A stretch of DNA of 64,000 nucleotides. Origin: an uncultured delta proteobacterium (GTDB lineage: Bacteria > Desulfobacterota > Desulfobacteria > Desulfobacterales > QNYZ01). A program made the translations under genes and the position numbers. The notes beneath the pieces were generated by a model. It was not told where the DNA came from and ran no database searches. It worked only from the letters and a program-made list of their open reading frames with translations. The DNA lies in the NCBI GenBank assembly GCA_963845145.1, contig CAWJQU010000001.1, forward strand, positions 192,001 through 256,000, given 5' to 3'. Position 1 is the stretch's first letter, and each line of letters opens with the position of its first letter. Positions 48,628 to 58,677 of the stretch are shown in pieces.

Positions 48628-50712
48628 CTATTTGTGACTATCCGGATGCTTAGCGGGTCGTGTATCAGGATCGTATGTTCTTTGGAGTAACACAACCACC
48701 ACCAATGCACCAAAGCCGGCGATATCGGCCCAATATGCCGGCCAGAGCAACCCCAACGCAGCCAGTAAAAACATAACCGTTTCCAGCCAGGTGGCCCGTC
48801 TTAAAAAATAGCGTTCAATACCTGATGCAAACGCAAACAACCCTAAAAGGGTGGTGACCATGGCGAGACCAACCTCCCAATTGAGCAACTGATACTCCTC
48901 ACCCACCCCCAGCAGCGGCCGATAGGCCATGACCAACGGAATGATATACAGCCCCTTGGCGAGCTTCCAGGAACTAAAAGCGGTCCGCATTGGGTTGGCT
49001 TTGGCCACACCGGCCGCAGCAAAACTGGCCAGGCTCACCGGCGGGGTCACATTGGCGTCCTGGGAGTACCAGAAGACGATCATGTGCGACACCAGCAGCG
49101 GCACCCCCATATCGAGCAGAGCCGGACCGGCCAGGGTGGCCAGAACGATATAACTGGCCGTCACCGGCAGCCCCATCCCCAAAACCAGGGAGGCTGCGCC
49201 AATTAAAAGAATTGCCAGCGCCTTTATCCCGTAACTCAAATCAATAACCAGGCTGGAAAACTTCAATCCCATGCCCGTTAATGTAACCATCCCCACGATA
49301 ATACCGGCCGCGGCACAGGCCACCGAGACCATAATGGCATTGATAGCTCCTTTCTCAAGAGCGGTGGTAATCGATTTAAATTCTCTTAGACCAAAATCGG
49401 CAACCCCTGTTCGGGTGGGGTTGACGGACCACCGAATGGTATTGGCGGCCAGACTGGCCATGGCTGTGCTGATGACAGCGATAAACCCGGCCATCATGGG
49501 GGAATAGTTGGCCACCAGGACATAGATCAGGATAATCACCGGAATAATGAAATGGAGCCCCTCTCTGACAACAGTGGAGATTTTGGGTAAATTTTCCTTG
49601 GGTTGGCCTTTTAGACCGTATTTTTTGGCTTCATAGTGTACGAACAGAAGGACAGTGAGATAATATAAAATGGCCGGCATCAAGGCGACCTTAATGATGG
49701 TCAGGTAACTGGTATTGGTAAATTCGGCCATCAGGAAAGCGCCGGCCCCCATAATGGGTGGCATCAATTGGCCGCCGGTGGAAGCGGCCGCTTCGATGGC
49801 ACCGGCCACATGGGGGCGATACCCCACCTTTTTCATCATGGGAATGGTAAAAGAGCCGGTCGCGACCACATTTCCCACCGCCGAACCGGACACCGATCCC
49901 AAAAACCCGGACGCCACCACCGAAGTCTTGGCCGGTCCGCCGGAAAACCGGCCGGTCAGGGCGTATGCCAGATCAATGAAAAAAGCCCCACCGCCCGTCG
50001 TCTCCAGAAAAGCGCCGAACAAAACGAACACAAACACAAAAGTGGCCGCTACACCGATGGGCAATCCGAAAATACCCTCGGTCGTCAACCATAGTGTGGT
50101 GACAATCCGTTCGATACTGTAGCCCTTATGGATAATCAGCTCCGGCATGTAGGGGCCGAAAAGCGCATACAATAAAGCCACAATGCAAATCCCGGTCATA
50201 ATCAACCCGATCACCCGCCGACAGGCCTCAAGCACCAACAGGGTGCCGACGAAACTGACGATCCGGTCAGCGGCCAGCCAATCACCCTGGCGTTCGAAAA
50301 TTGCGGTTAAATTAGAACAGATATAATAAGTACAATAGATGGCGGCCAACGCCATGGCCCAATCGATCATTACCCACAAGTTCAGCCGGGTTTTGTCGGC
50401 CTTTTTAAACGGCGGTTTCAGTAAAAAGGTGAGACATAATATGGCTCCCAGATGGATCGAGCGCTGCACCAGGGCGGTCAGGGCCGTCACCCCCGCGGTA
50501 TACAACTGGTAGAGGCTCAGACTTATGGCCAGGATCATAACGATGCGCGCGGTCCAACGCGAAATGGTGGTTATGTCCTTATCGGAGCGGGTAATCACCC
50601 TTTGTTCTTTTTGTGGATCCGTCGGTTGACCCATTGATTGATCTGTCGGTTGATCAGTTGGTTGACCATTTGGTTGATTTGGAGGCGAGCTCATCGCTTT
50701 TATATTTACCAT
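48628..50712 (-). CDS. TRAP transporter fused 4TM/12TM permease
   Basis: GGPAK, SGSAVGNVVATG, EAAASTGGQLMPPIMGAGAF and LGMGLPVTASY. Confidence 0.93.
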   Translation of the reverse strand: MVNIKAMSSPPNQPNGQPTDQPTDQSMGQPTDPQKEQRVITRSDKDITTISRWTARIVMILAISLSLYQLYTAGVTALTALVQRSIHLGAILCLTFLLKPPFKKADKTRLNLWVMIDWAMALAAIYCTYYICSNLTAIFERQGDWLAADRIVSFVGTLLVLEACRRVIGLIMTGICIVALLYALFGPYMPELIIHKGYSIERIVTTLWLTTEGIFGLPIGVAATFVFVFVLFGAFLETTGGGAFFIDLAYALTGRFSGGPAKTSVVASGFLGSVSGSAVGNVVATGSFTIPMMKKVGYRPHVAGAIEAAASTGGQLMPPIMGAGAFLMAEFTNTSYLTIIKVALMPAILYYLTVLLFVHYEAKKYGLKGQPKENLPKISTVVREGLHFIIPVIILIYVLVANYSPMMAGFIAVISTAMASLAANTIRWSVNPTRTGVADFGLREFKSITTALEKGAINAIMVSVACAAAGIIVGMVTLTGMGLKFSSLVIDLSYGIKALAILLIGAASLVLGMGLPVTASYIVLATLAGPALLDMGVPLLVSHMIVFWYSQDANVTPPVSLASFAAAGVAKANPMRTAFSSWKLAKGLYIIPLVMAYRPLLGVGEEYQLLNWEVGLAMVTTLLGLFAFASGIERYFLRRATWLETVMFLLAALGLLWPAYWADIAGFGALVVVVLLQRTYDPDTRPAKHPDSHK
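50617..50679 (-). repeat. 12-bp coding tandem repeat in the permease N-terminal tail
   Basis: Encodes NQPN GQPT DQPT DQSM GQPT. Confidence 0.7.
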
Positions 50713-50718
50713 GATTTA

Positions 50719-51261
50719 TTATTTCGTTTGAGGTGTTGCCATGTGGGGAAATAGCCGCCGCCAGACGTGCTGGATGCGGCTCACCTTGCGTGCGGAAAAC
50801 AGCACGGCCACATGAGGTGCCACGGCCGATAGATTTATCTCCACATCCCGCCAGATGATGGTATGATCCACCCCCGGACTGCCGATGCGTAGAATGAAAT
50901 CGCCAGTGGGCATATGCATGTCTTCAATCACCTCATAAGCCCCCCGCCGCACCATGCGACCGACCCCCGGCATACGGCCCATACCAGCCCCGAATTTAAG
51001 GTATCGTTCTTCCTCGATGAAGATCCGCCCCTTTTCATCTAGGCTGTGAACTTCCCAGATAGGGGAATTTTCAACCGAGTGATAATAGCGAATGGTAAAT
51101 CGTTCGCCGGGTTTCATGGGAAGTACCAGCAGGGGAAGACCGTCACGAATGGGTGTGATTGCCAACTCCAGCCCGCCCTGGGAAAACCCGATGCCCACCG
51201 CAAAAAAAAGGAACAGGCCGGCGGCAACAATCAATCCGATGCGAGCCGGCCTTGGTAACAT
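50719..51261 (-). CDS. DUF1850 family protein
   Basis: FTIRYYHSVENSPIWE and FGAGM; typical position between the TAXI and permease genes. Confidence 0.85.
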   Translation of the reverse strand: MLPRPARIGLIVAAGLFLFFAVGIGFSQGGLELAITPIRDGLPLLVLPMKPGERFTIRYYHSVENSPIWEVHSLDEKGRIFIEEERYLKFGAGMGRMPGVGRMVRRGAYEVIEDMHMPTGDFILRIGSPGVDHTIIWRDVEINLSAVAPHVAVLFSARKVSRIQHVWRRLFPHMATPQTK

Positions 51262-51282
51262 ATCAATATTTAGGGTCGAAGC

Positions 51283-52248
51283 TTAGGGCATCAACTTCGC
51301 CGGAATATCCACGCCCTTTTCTTTAAGGTACTTGGCGGTGCCTGGATGAAGCGGAATAGGTGAGTATTTAACCGCATTTTCCGGAGTTGTGTAGGCGGCC
51401 GACGGGTGAATTTTCTGGAGGTAGTCGTTATTTTCGAATAGGGCTTTGGCCAGATTGTAGACCATCTCCGGCGCTAAAGAGGCCTGGCAGATCATGACAT
51501 TCCAAACCCCAATGGTTATAACAGGGCTATCCACACCGCGATAGAGGCCACCGGCCAGTTCGACGCTGGAGTAGTTTTTGTTAAAATCGAGTATTTTTTG
51601 GGTCTGCTCCGGGGTAAAAGCGATGACATGAATATCATGCGTGGTCGCCAGATCGAGAATTGAGCTGGTGCCGGGGCCCACAGACCAGATACCGACTTCA
51701 ATGGTACCATCTCGTAAGGCATTGGCGCTTTCCGTAAAAGAGAGCCGGCTGTCTTTGTAAGAATCCAATGGGATCTCCAGGGCCTTGAAAACCGCTTCGG
51801 CCATGAAGTTGGTACCGCTGCCCGGGCTTCCCGTGCTGATCTGTTTTCCTTTAACCTGCTCGATATTGGTAATCCCGCTTTTTTTCAGGGTCACCACTTG
51901 CAGCAAATTGGGATACATAACGGCCAGGGTTTTGATATCATGCTTTTTATCTTTAAACTTTCCCGTACCGTTGAAGCCGGCCTCGGCCACGTCGCCCATG
52001 ACCTCGCCGACGACCGTCTCACCTTTATGTGCCAGTTTGACATTTTCGACACTGGCACCGGTAACCTCGGCCACCGCTTTGACGCCCTTGACATTTTTCG
52101 ACCAGATCTCGGCCACTCCCCCGCCATACGGATAGTAAATGCCGCCGGTACCACCCGTACCAATACTGATGAACTCTGTTTTGGCTGCGGCCTGCCCGGC
52201 CATGACGAAAAATATACCGATAAAAAGAATTACGAGTAACCGTTTCAT
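51283..52248 (-). CDS. TAXI-family TRAP solute-binding protein
   Basis: IGTGGTGGIYYPYG, TGASVEN, GSPGSGT and IPLHPGTAKY. Confidence 0.93.
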   Translation of the reverse strand: MKRLLVILFIGIFFVMAGQAAAKTEFISIGTGGTGGIYYPYGGGVAEIWSKNVKGVKAVAEVTGASVENVKLAHKGETVVGEVMGDVAEAGFNGTGKFKDKKHDIKTLAVMYPNLLQVVTLKKSGITNIEQVKGKQISTGSPGSGTNFMAEAVFKALEIPLDSYKDSRLSFTESANALRDGTIEVGIWSVGPGTSSILDLATTHDIHVIAFTPEQTQKILDFNKNYSSVELAGGLYRGVDSPVITIGVWNVMICQASLAPEMVYNLAKALFENNDYLQKIHPSAAYTTPENAVKYSPIPLHPGTAKYLKEKGVDIPAKLMP

Positions 52249-52316
52249 TGGATATCTCCTTTCACACGTTGACTGCTGAATGCTGCTTGCCGATTGTTAA
52301 CACATGAGGTGATTTT

Positions 52317-52754
52317 CTATTGGCCTAGCGTGCTGACTTTTAACAGAAGCCCTTTGGGCTGAAAAACCGTCTCTTTTACTGGATAAACAAAGGAGGCCGT
52401 ATCACCCGGCTTTACCAGTCCCTTTTTTGTTTTCCGCGGGAGTAATCCACCGACGGCTTTCCCGTTGTCCAAGAAGATGTTGACCCGGAAGCGCTGGGGC
52501 TTCGGGCTGATGTTCTTGATTGCCACTTTGAGGTGAAGCGTCTGTATACCCTCCCATTTCTTGAAGCTACATGAAAAGTCTGCCAGCTCCGCTTCAGGCG
52601 CGATATCTTTTACCACCTCATCATCGGCCGCACAGGGAAACATCTCGGGCGCATCGACCGGGGTCAATCGCTTTGAGGCGCACCCGGTGAAGACCAGGGC
52701 TAAAACCGCTACAACCATCAGGAACCATCTCAATGAATCATCTTTGGGTTTCAT
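52317..52754 (-). CDS. Hypothetical lipoprotein
   Basis: AAGGAGG RBS; FTGC lipobox; first gene of the TRAP operon. Confidence 0.7.
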   Translation of the reverse strand: MKPKDDSLRWFLMVVAVLALVFTGCASKRLTPVDAPEMFPCAADDEVVKDIAPEAELADFSCSFKKWEGIQTLHLKVAIKNISPKPQRFRVNIFLDNGKAVGGLLPRKTKKGLVKPGDTASFVYPVKETVFQPKGLLLKVSTLGQ

Positions 52755-53215
52755 ACATCCTCCTTTAAATAGCGTTTGAGAAGAATTTGGGACGTAACTC
52801 GGCAATGATTTCAAATTCACCGGCGACGATAATGGCGATTACCATCAAACCTGTAAACAAAAGGAAACAACGGGTTTAAGATATGCAAATTAAACACGTT
52901 TTACAAGAGACAAACATCCTTGCCGGGCACCAGGGGGTCTCAACCCGCCTATTACCCACCAAGCCCCGATGGTTGGGCCCGACTCTGGGTCTTGCACCGC
53001 CACCAAATGGTATCAAAATGACCTGTGAGATGCAAACACGGATTATTTATCAAAAAAGAAATGATATTGACGGCTCGACGTCATCATAAAGGTGTATTAG
53101 TTTATTTCATTACATTTTAAGCCCTTTTCGAACCATTCCGGATCCGCCGATAACAGTAAAAACGTATTTTTATACGGGGATCAATCCACACCAACCTTAT
53201 AAGGAGATCGATATT

Positions 53216-53959
53216 ATGCGATACGCCATAGCTATGTTGTTAATTATTGTTATGCCGGTTGCGGCATTGGGTGCCACCGGTACAACGGTCACCTATCAGG
53301 TTAACGGGCAACCCTATGAGGGTTATTACACCAGCCCTTCCGACAAAGCCCCTTTCCTTCTGTTGATTCATGACTGGGATGGGCTAACCGATTATGAGGT
53401 CAAACGCGCCGATATGCTCGCCGAGTTAGGATATGCCGTTTTTGCCCTGGATCTGTTTGGGGCCGGTGTGCGGCCCACTGAAATGAAAGACAAACGCCAG
53501 CATACCGGGGAGCTCTATAAAGACAGAGAAAAGATGCGGGCATTGATGACCGGCGCCTTACAAACGGCCAGGGATCGCGGCGCCGATCTGACCAATGCCG
53601 TCGCTTTCGGATACTGTTTCGGTGGTGCGGCCGTGCTGGAGTTGGCACGATCCGGAGAAAGCCTAAAAGGATTTGCCACATTTCATGGCGGCCTTCAAAC
53701 CCCGGATGGACAAGATTATAAAAAAACCCAGGGAAAACTATTGGTCATGCATGGGTCGGCTGATACGGCGATTACCATGGACCAGTTCGGTGCTTTGACA
53801 AAAGAGCTTGAAGCTGCCGGTGTGGACCATGAAATGATCACTTATGGAGGCGCCCCCCATGCGTTTACCGTTTTCGACGGGAAACGTTACCAGGAAGCAG
53901 CCGATAAAAAATCCTGGAAGCGCTTTACGGAATTCCTGGCCGATACACTGAAAAATTAA
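53216..53959 (+). CDS. Dienelactone hydrolase family protein (exported)
   Basis: HDWDG, GYCFGG nucleophile motif, HGSAD and HAFT. Confidence 0.9.
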   Translation: MRYAIAMLLIIVMPVAALGATGTTVTYQVNGQPYEGYYTSPSDKAPFLLLIHDWDGLTDYEVKRADMLAELGYAVFALDLFGAGVRPTEMKDKRQHTGELYKDREKMRALMTGALQTARDRGADLTNAVAFGYCFGGAAVLELARSGESLKGFATFHGGLQTPDGQDYKKTQGKLLVMHGSADTAITMDQFGALTKELEAAGVDHEMITYGGAPHAFTVFDGKRYQEAADKKSWKRFTEFLADTLKN

Positions 53960-54015
53960 CTGTTCGGCGTGTTCACTAATATGGCTATCAACCTTTATTA
54001 AATGGAGGCAACCCA

Positions 54016-54546
54016 ATGGGTGATGTTGTTCAGATTCACGTCGATGTAGACCAGATCAGCCCCTCGGCGTCGGAAGGAAGGGCCCGCGATCATAAAGTAG
54101 TGATGGACCGCCCTGAAGCCAAAGGCGGCGAAAACAAAGGGGCCATGGGTGGCGAGAATCTTCTGATGGCCCTGGGAGGATGCTTTATGAGCAATTTGCT
54201 GGCTGCTGCCGAGAGCCGCGAATTAGAAATTGGCGATGTAAAAATGCACATCACCGGAACGCTGGATATGGCCCCACCACGGTTTACGGCGGTGATAATG
54301 GAAATATCGGCACGTAATAGCGACAAGGCCCAAATGGAGAAACTGGTGATCATAGCCGAACGCGGTTGCATTGTCGCCAATACGCTTAAGGGTGCCGTCG
54401 ATCTGAAGATCCTTTATTTTGATCGCATTGGCCTAATTGGGTCTGAAGGTCGCATTGGTTTAATTGGGTCTGAAGATCGCATGGGTCTAATCGGCACTGA
54501 AGATCGCTATAGCCTGATCGGCATTGATATTCAGACTGATGGTTAA
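54016..54546 (+). CDS. OsmC/Ohr-family protein with a repetitive C-terminal extension
   Basis: LLMALGGC and AERGCIVANTL conserved Cys pair; GGAGG RBS. Confidence 0.85.
   Translation: MGDVVQIHVDVDQISPSASEGRARDHKVVMDRPEAKGGENKGAMGGENLLMALGGCFMSNLLAAAESRELEIGDVKMHITGTLDMAPPRFTAVIMEISARNSDKAQMEKLVIIAERGCIVANTLKGAVDLKILYFDRIGLIGSEGRIGLIGSEDRMGLIGTEDRYSLIGIDIQTDG
54421..54528 (+). repeat. 27-bp coding tandem repeat, 4 units
   Basis: DRIGLIGSE / GRIGLIGSE / DRMGLIGTE / DRYSLIGID. Confidence 0.9.
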
Positions 54547-54575
54547 CAGCTGATGGCGAGCAGTACATCCATGTA

Positions 54576-54992
54576 CTACTCGCCGATAATCTTCACCAGC
54601 ACCCGTTTTTTTCGGCGGCCATCAAATTCGCCGTAAAAAATCCGTTCCCAAGTCCCAAAATCGAGTCGGCCGTCGGTCACCGCCACAACCACTTCACGCC
54701 CCATCACCTGGCGTTTCATATGGGCATCGGCATTGTCTTCATACCCGTTATGACGATATTGATTTACCGGTTCATGGGGTGCCAGCTTTTCCAGCCACAC
54801 CTCATAATCGTGATGCAAGCCTGACTCATCATCATTGATAAATACCGAGGCGGTAATGTGCATCGCATTAACCAGCACCAAGCCTTCTGTTATTCCACTT
54901 TCTCTGAGGCAATCTTCTATTGTTGATGTGATATTTATAAATCCTCGCCTTGACGGCACCTCAAACCACAATTCCTTCCTATAGCTTTTCAT
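54576..54992 (-). CDS. yjbQ: YjbQ (UPF0047) family protein
   Basis: [17 protein letters not shown] and [14 protein letters not shown]. Confidence 0.9.
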   Translation of the reverse strand: MKSYRKELWFEVPSRRGFINITSTIEDCLRESGITEGLVLVNAMHITASVFINDDESGLHHDYEVWLEKLAPHEPVNQYRHNGYEDNADAHMKRQVMGREVVVAVTDGRLDFGTWERIFYGEFDGRRKKRVLVKIIGE

Positions 54993-55025
54993 TTAATTAT
55001 ATTCCATTGTACTTTTCTGTTTAAA

Positions 55026-55280
55026 CCCTGTAGTTGCATAAAAATATTAGAAAAGGAGTAGTTAAAACTTGCGGAAGCCCATGCATAGTGGTTATAAAGT
55101 GTTTTCTACAACAAAATTAACACTATATAGGAGGCCACCGCAAGTGAAGTCCAGTAAATCACAAATTCATGCAAAAAACCATAAATTCCTTCTGATTCGG
55201 CTTGAAGGTCAAAAACTGACATCCTTTTCAGGGTTGCCGATATTTTAACTGCTTTTTAAAAACATCAATCTTAAGCAAGC
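55026..55280 (+). mobile_element. IS1380-like element remnant (left end plus truncated transposase start)
   Basis: GGAGG and GTG 55144 give MKSSKSQIHAK...QKLTSFSGLPIF*LLFK, with an LTSxxGL motif and an in-frame stop. Family assignment is from memory. Confidence 0.6.
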
Positions 55281-55530
55281 GCAAAGGACCATTACAGTTA
55301 ATTTTTTTGCTTCATTTCGTCGAGGTCTTGAAGAAAGCAGCCTGATTTGGATGAAGATTCTTTAACCAATTTTATGTAACGTTACTGTAGGCACCATATT
55401 TTGCGATTGATTTTAGCTCCGTATACAAGACAGTCTTTTGGGCTTAGCCGCATCAAAAAAGCGACTTCTTATCAATCCATTCGTTAGCAAAGTGAAATAA
55501 CGGTTGTAATCTGATGATCCGGCAATACCT

Positions 55531-56500
55531 TTAAATTTTAGTTCGTTTAGGCAGAAAAAGAATCCAAGGAAAACTAGAATTATCGTTTGCAGCTCCCTCA
55601 ATCCATATAGGATTATCATCTTCATCACGGCCGGTTGTCAATGACCTTAGCCACCCTGTATCAACAAGTCCTAACACTCCTGCCACCCAGGCATCATCGT
55701 CTGAATTAACTGCACCAACGAATGATGGTATAGTAACTCCTGAAAGGTAGGGGTGGGTCCCGCCAGTGCCGCCATCGGCTATGGTTTTATTGTTTTCACC
55801 CAGCGTATGTCCTGCCCGAATTCTGTATTTGTCCGCACCGGTTGTGCCAACGTATAACAGATTATTACTGTCGTATGGTTGTGTGTAGACATTGTGTGGG
55901 CTTTCTGTATCACTCTGTGATTCAAATTGTGCCGCAGTGTTGGTTGTATTATTATACCGGAATAGCGTTGATGTGTTAGGGCGATAGAAGTAGTTACCAT
56001 CAACTCTCCAGCTCGAAAAATCAGGAGAGGCAAATGGTATCCGGGTACTGGTTGTTGTTGGGATTAGTGCGTTTATGCCATAGGTATTACCATAGTGATT
56101 ACCTGCTGGTGCTCCGTCAATAATGTTATTAAGGTCCCAAGCATGAAGATAATCACTGCAGATAAAATCAGCAAACACAGTCGAAGTTGATTGGACTCCA
56201 AAATGGCGAATAGCGTAGTCATTTCCTGACTTATCAGCAAATATTGTATTGTTGTAAAATACTGGTTTATATACCATCGGTCCGCCCTGGTAATGAGCAG
56301 AAAGACACTTCTCGCAATCATCAAAAATATTCTGGAATACCTGACCAAAATCCTGTTGCATAACACAGGCCCGCAGAAGCTGACTCTTAAAAATATTATG
56401 ATGAATCTTTATTCCCCAGTCCTTATAGGTATCGTCATAGTCATGCCCACCAGCAGGATTACGTCCGATAAACAATTGTGAACTCTTATGCTTAAAACCT
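55531..56500 (-). pseudogene. 5'-truncated secreted parallel beta-helix-like protein
   Basis: IHHNIF, FYNNTI, NNII and DGNYF repeats; ends FPWILFLP; no RBS or signal peptide, and the frame is closed by a stop shortly upstream. Confidence 0.55.
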
Positions 56501-56623
56501 GTTTTCCCATGAATTTCAGCCAGTTTTAAATCAGATAAAGTATGGGCGAGTTAAGAAGTACTTTAACCATCCGAAAATTGCATATGCCGCATAAAGTTTA
56601 TATATTTGATTGCCGGATTAATA

Positions 56624-57556
56624 TTAACGAATTCGTATTCGGGGATCCAAGGCATCACGAATGCCATCACCGATGTAATTAACACTGAGCACCGTAAGAG
56701 AGATGGCTAATCCAGGCCAGAATATGCGAGATGGCGTGATATCAATATAATTGACGCCATCATACAGCAATCGTCCCCAGGTTGGAAAGTCTGACGGAAA
56801 ACCAAGCCCCAGGAAACTGAGAGCAGATTCGATAATGATCGCGGATGCAATACCCAATGTTGCCGAGACCATAACCGGGCTAAGGACATTAGGGAATATG
56901 TGGCGTGTAATTACCCGAAGCTGCCTCGTACCAATACTATGCGCGGCCAGGATAAACTCACGCTCTTTTAGCACCAGAACTGAGCCGCGAACGATTCGAG
57001 CCGTTTGCATCCAGCTGGTAATGCCGATAACAAACACGACTAAAATAAAGATTCCCGTTTCCGGACCGAACGCATCACGCAAGGTATCGCGGAACAGCAT
57101 GATGATCACCAGCAATAAGGGCAATAGGGGGAGCGCGATAAACAAATCGGTCAGTCTCATCAGGGGACCGTCCAGAAGTCGGAAATAGCCTGCGAATATA
57201 CCTATCAATACACCTATGGTAATCGACACTGACATTGCAATGAAACCCACGGCTAAGGAAATGCGCCCGCCGGCGAGTACTTGTGCCAGCATATCTCTTC
57301 CAAGATTATCGGTACCGAAAGGATGCGTGATGGAAGGTTGCTGATTTCGGGCAAGCATGTCCAGGAATTGTGGATCGGTATCGTACAAAAATGGGCCGAT
57401 CAGGACCGACATCAGGATGACAGAGAACACGCCGACACCTGCCAAGGCACCGGTGTGTGTCCTGAATTGTCGCCAGACGTCAACCCAGAGTGAACGATAA
57501 ACCTGCTCTTTTAATTGCTTTTGGTCTTTAATGTCAGATTCAATTTGTTCAACCAT
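56624..57556 (-). CDS. Oligopeptide/dipeptide ABC permease (OppC/DppC)
   Basis: HPFGTDNLGRD, EFILAA, ESALSFLGLG and DALDPR. Confidence 0.93.
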   Translation of the reverse strand: MVEQIESDIKDQKQLKEQVYRSLWVDVWRQFRTHTGALAGVGVFSVILMSVLIGPFLYDTDPQFLDMLARNQQPSITHPFGTDNLGRDMLAQVLAGGRISLAVGFIAMSVSITIGVLIGIFAGYFRLLDGPLMRLTDLFIALPLLPLLLVIIMLFRDTLRDAFGPETGIFILVVFVIGITSWMQTARIVRGSVLVLKEREFILAAHSIGTRQLRVITRHIFPNVLSPVMVSATLGIASAIIIESALSFLGLGFPSDFPTWGRLLYDGVNYIDITPSRIFWPGLAISLTVLSVNYIGDGIRDALDPRIRIR

Positions 57557-58562
57557 AACGTATCCTTGGATCAAGTACCCCGTATAATAAATCAGCGATG
57601 AGGTTAAATAAGACGATTAGTATAGCGAAAATAAACGTCAATGTTTGTACAAGGGGGATGTCAGCACCTTCAATCGAAATAATAAGGAGTTGTCCTAATC
57701 CGTTTACACGGAAAATTTGTTCAGTAATAATCGCCCCTGCGAATATTTGGGGAATTCCCAAAGCGATAACCGTTACCACTGGCACCATGCTGTTGCGTAG
57801 TACATGAATTAGAAGCACCGCTTGTTCCCGAACACCTTTGGAACGGGCTGTACGCACATAGTCTTGATTTAAATTATCCAATACGGACGCTCGGGTAAAT
57901 CGACTGAGTTGAGCGGCGCTGAAAAGAGCTAACACAGAAACCGGCATGATCATTTGCTTAATTTGCATTACAAGGCTCGACCAATCAGTGACTTCTAATG
58001 TTGTGTCATAGATAGACGGAAGCCAATCGAGAGTCACGCTAAAGATGACAATCATTACGACACCTGTAAAAAACGTGGGGACAGAATAGCCAACCATCGA
58101 GATAAACGTTCCGAGTTGATCGAAAATTGAGTATTGTTTATAGGCGGAAATGATTCCAATCGGGATAGCGATACAAATGCTAACCAGGTATGCGAGGCCT
58201 ACCACTTTAAGTGTTTGGGGTAATCGATCCGCGATCAGGTCGATGACCGGACTCCGGGTAGCCCAGGATCGAACTCTCATACGTTCGGCGGAATTTTCAA
58301 AAGCAATACCTGTCCATTTTTCGATGAGATTCAGAGGCTCATTAATCATGAATTGGTCCAGCCATTTGATATACCGAATATGAAATGGTTGGCTCATCCC
58401 CAGGCTCTCACGGATTTTTGCCCGTGTTTGAGCATCAATAGTCAAAGGCAATTGACCGGTCGGATCTCCCGGGGCAAGATCCAGTAGGGTAAAAATTATA
58501 AGACTGATCACGAGCAAAGTGGGTATGGCAAATAAAAGCCGCCTGATCGTAAATCGCAACAT
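57549..58562 (-). CDS. Oligopeptide/dipeptide ABC permease (OppB/DppB)
   Basis: APGDP, DYVRTARSKG, ITEQIF and LDPRIR. Confidence 0.93.
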   Translation of the reverse strand: MLRFTIRRLLFAIPTLLVISLIIFTLLDLAPGDPTGQLPLTIDAQTRAKIRESLGMSQPFHIRYIKWLDQFMINEPLNLIEKWTGIAFENSAERMRVRSWATRSPVIDLIADRLPQTLKVVGLAYLVSICIAIPIGIISAYKQYSIFDQLGTFISMVGYSVPTFFTGVVMIVIFSVTLDWLPSIYDTTLEVTDWSSLVMQIKQMIMPVSVLALFSAAQLSRFTRASVLDNLNQDYVRTARSKGVREQAVLLIHVLRNSMVPVVTVIALGIPQIFAGAIITEQIFRVNGLGQLLIISIEGADIPLVQTLTFIFAILIVLFNLIADLLYGVLDPRIRYG

Positions 58563-58627
58563 AAGTATTTCTTTATTATATAACCGTCTGAATTATTGGA
58601 GACGGTGGGTAATTAAATTTCGAGTGC

Positions 58628-58660
58628 AAGAGCTCCCTCCGATTTTCTGGAGGGAGCTTT
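58628..58660 (-). terminator. Intercistronic hairpin after the binding-protein gene (partial terminator or mRNA stabiliser)
   Basis: Minus strand: AGCTCCCTCC-AGAAAATC-GGAGGGAGCT. Confidence 0.7.
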
Positions 58661-58677
58661 AATTCAACTCACTCGAA

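Noticed and set aside
54421..54528. CRISPR array
   Set aside because: The units are contiguous, degenerate and in frame, with no spacers and no cas genes.
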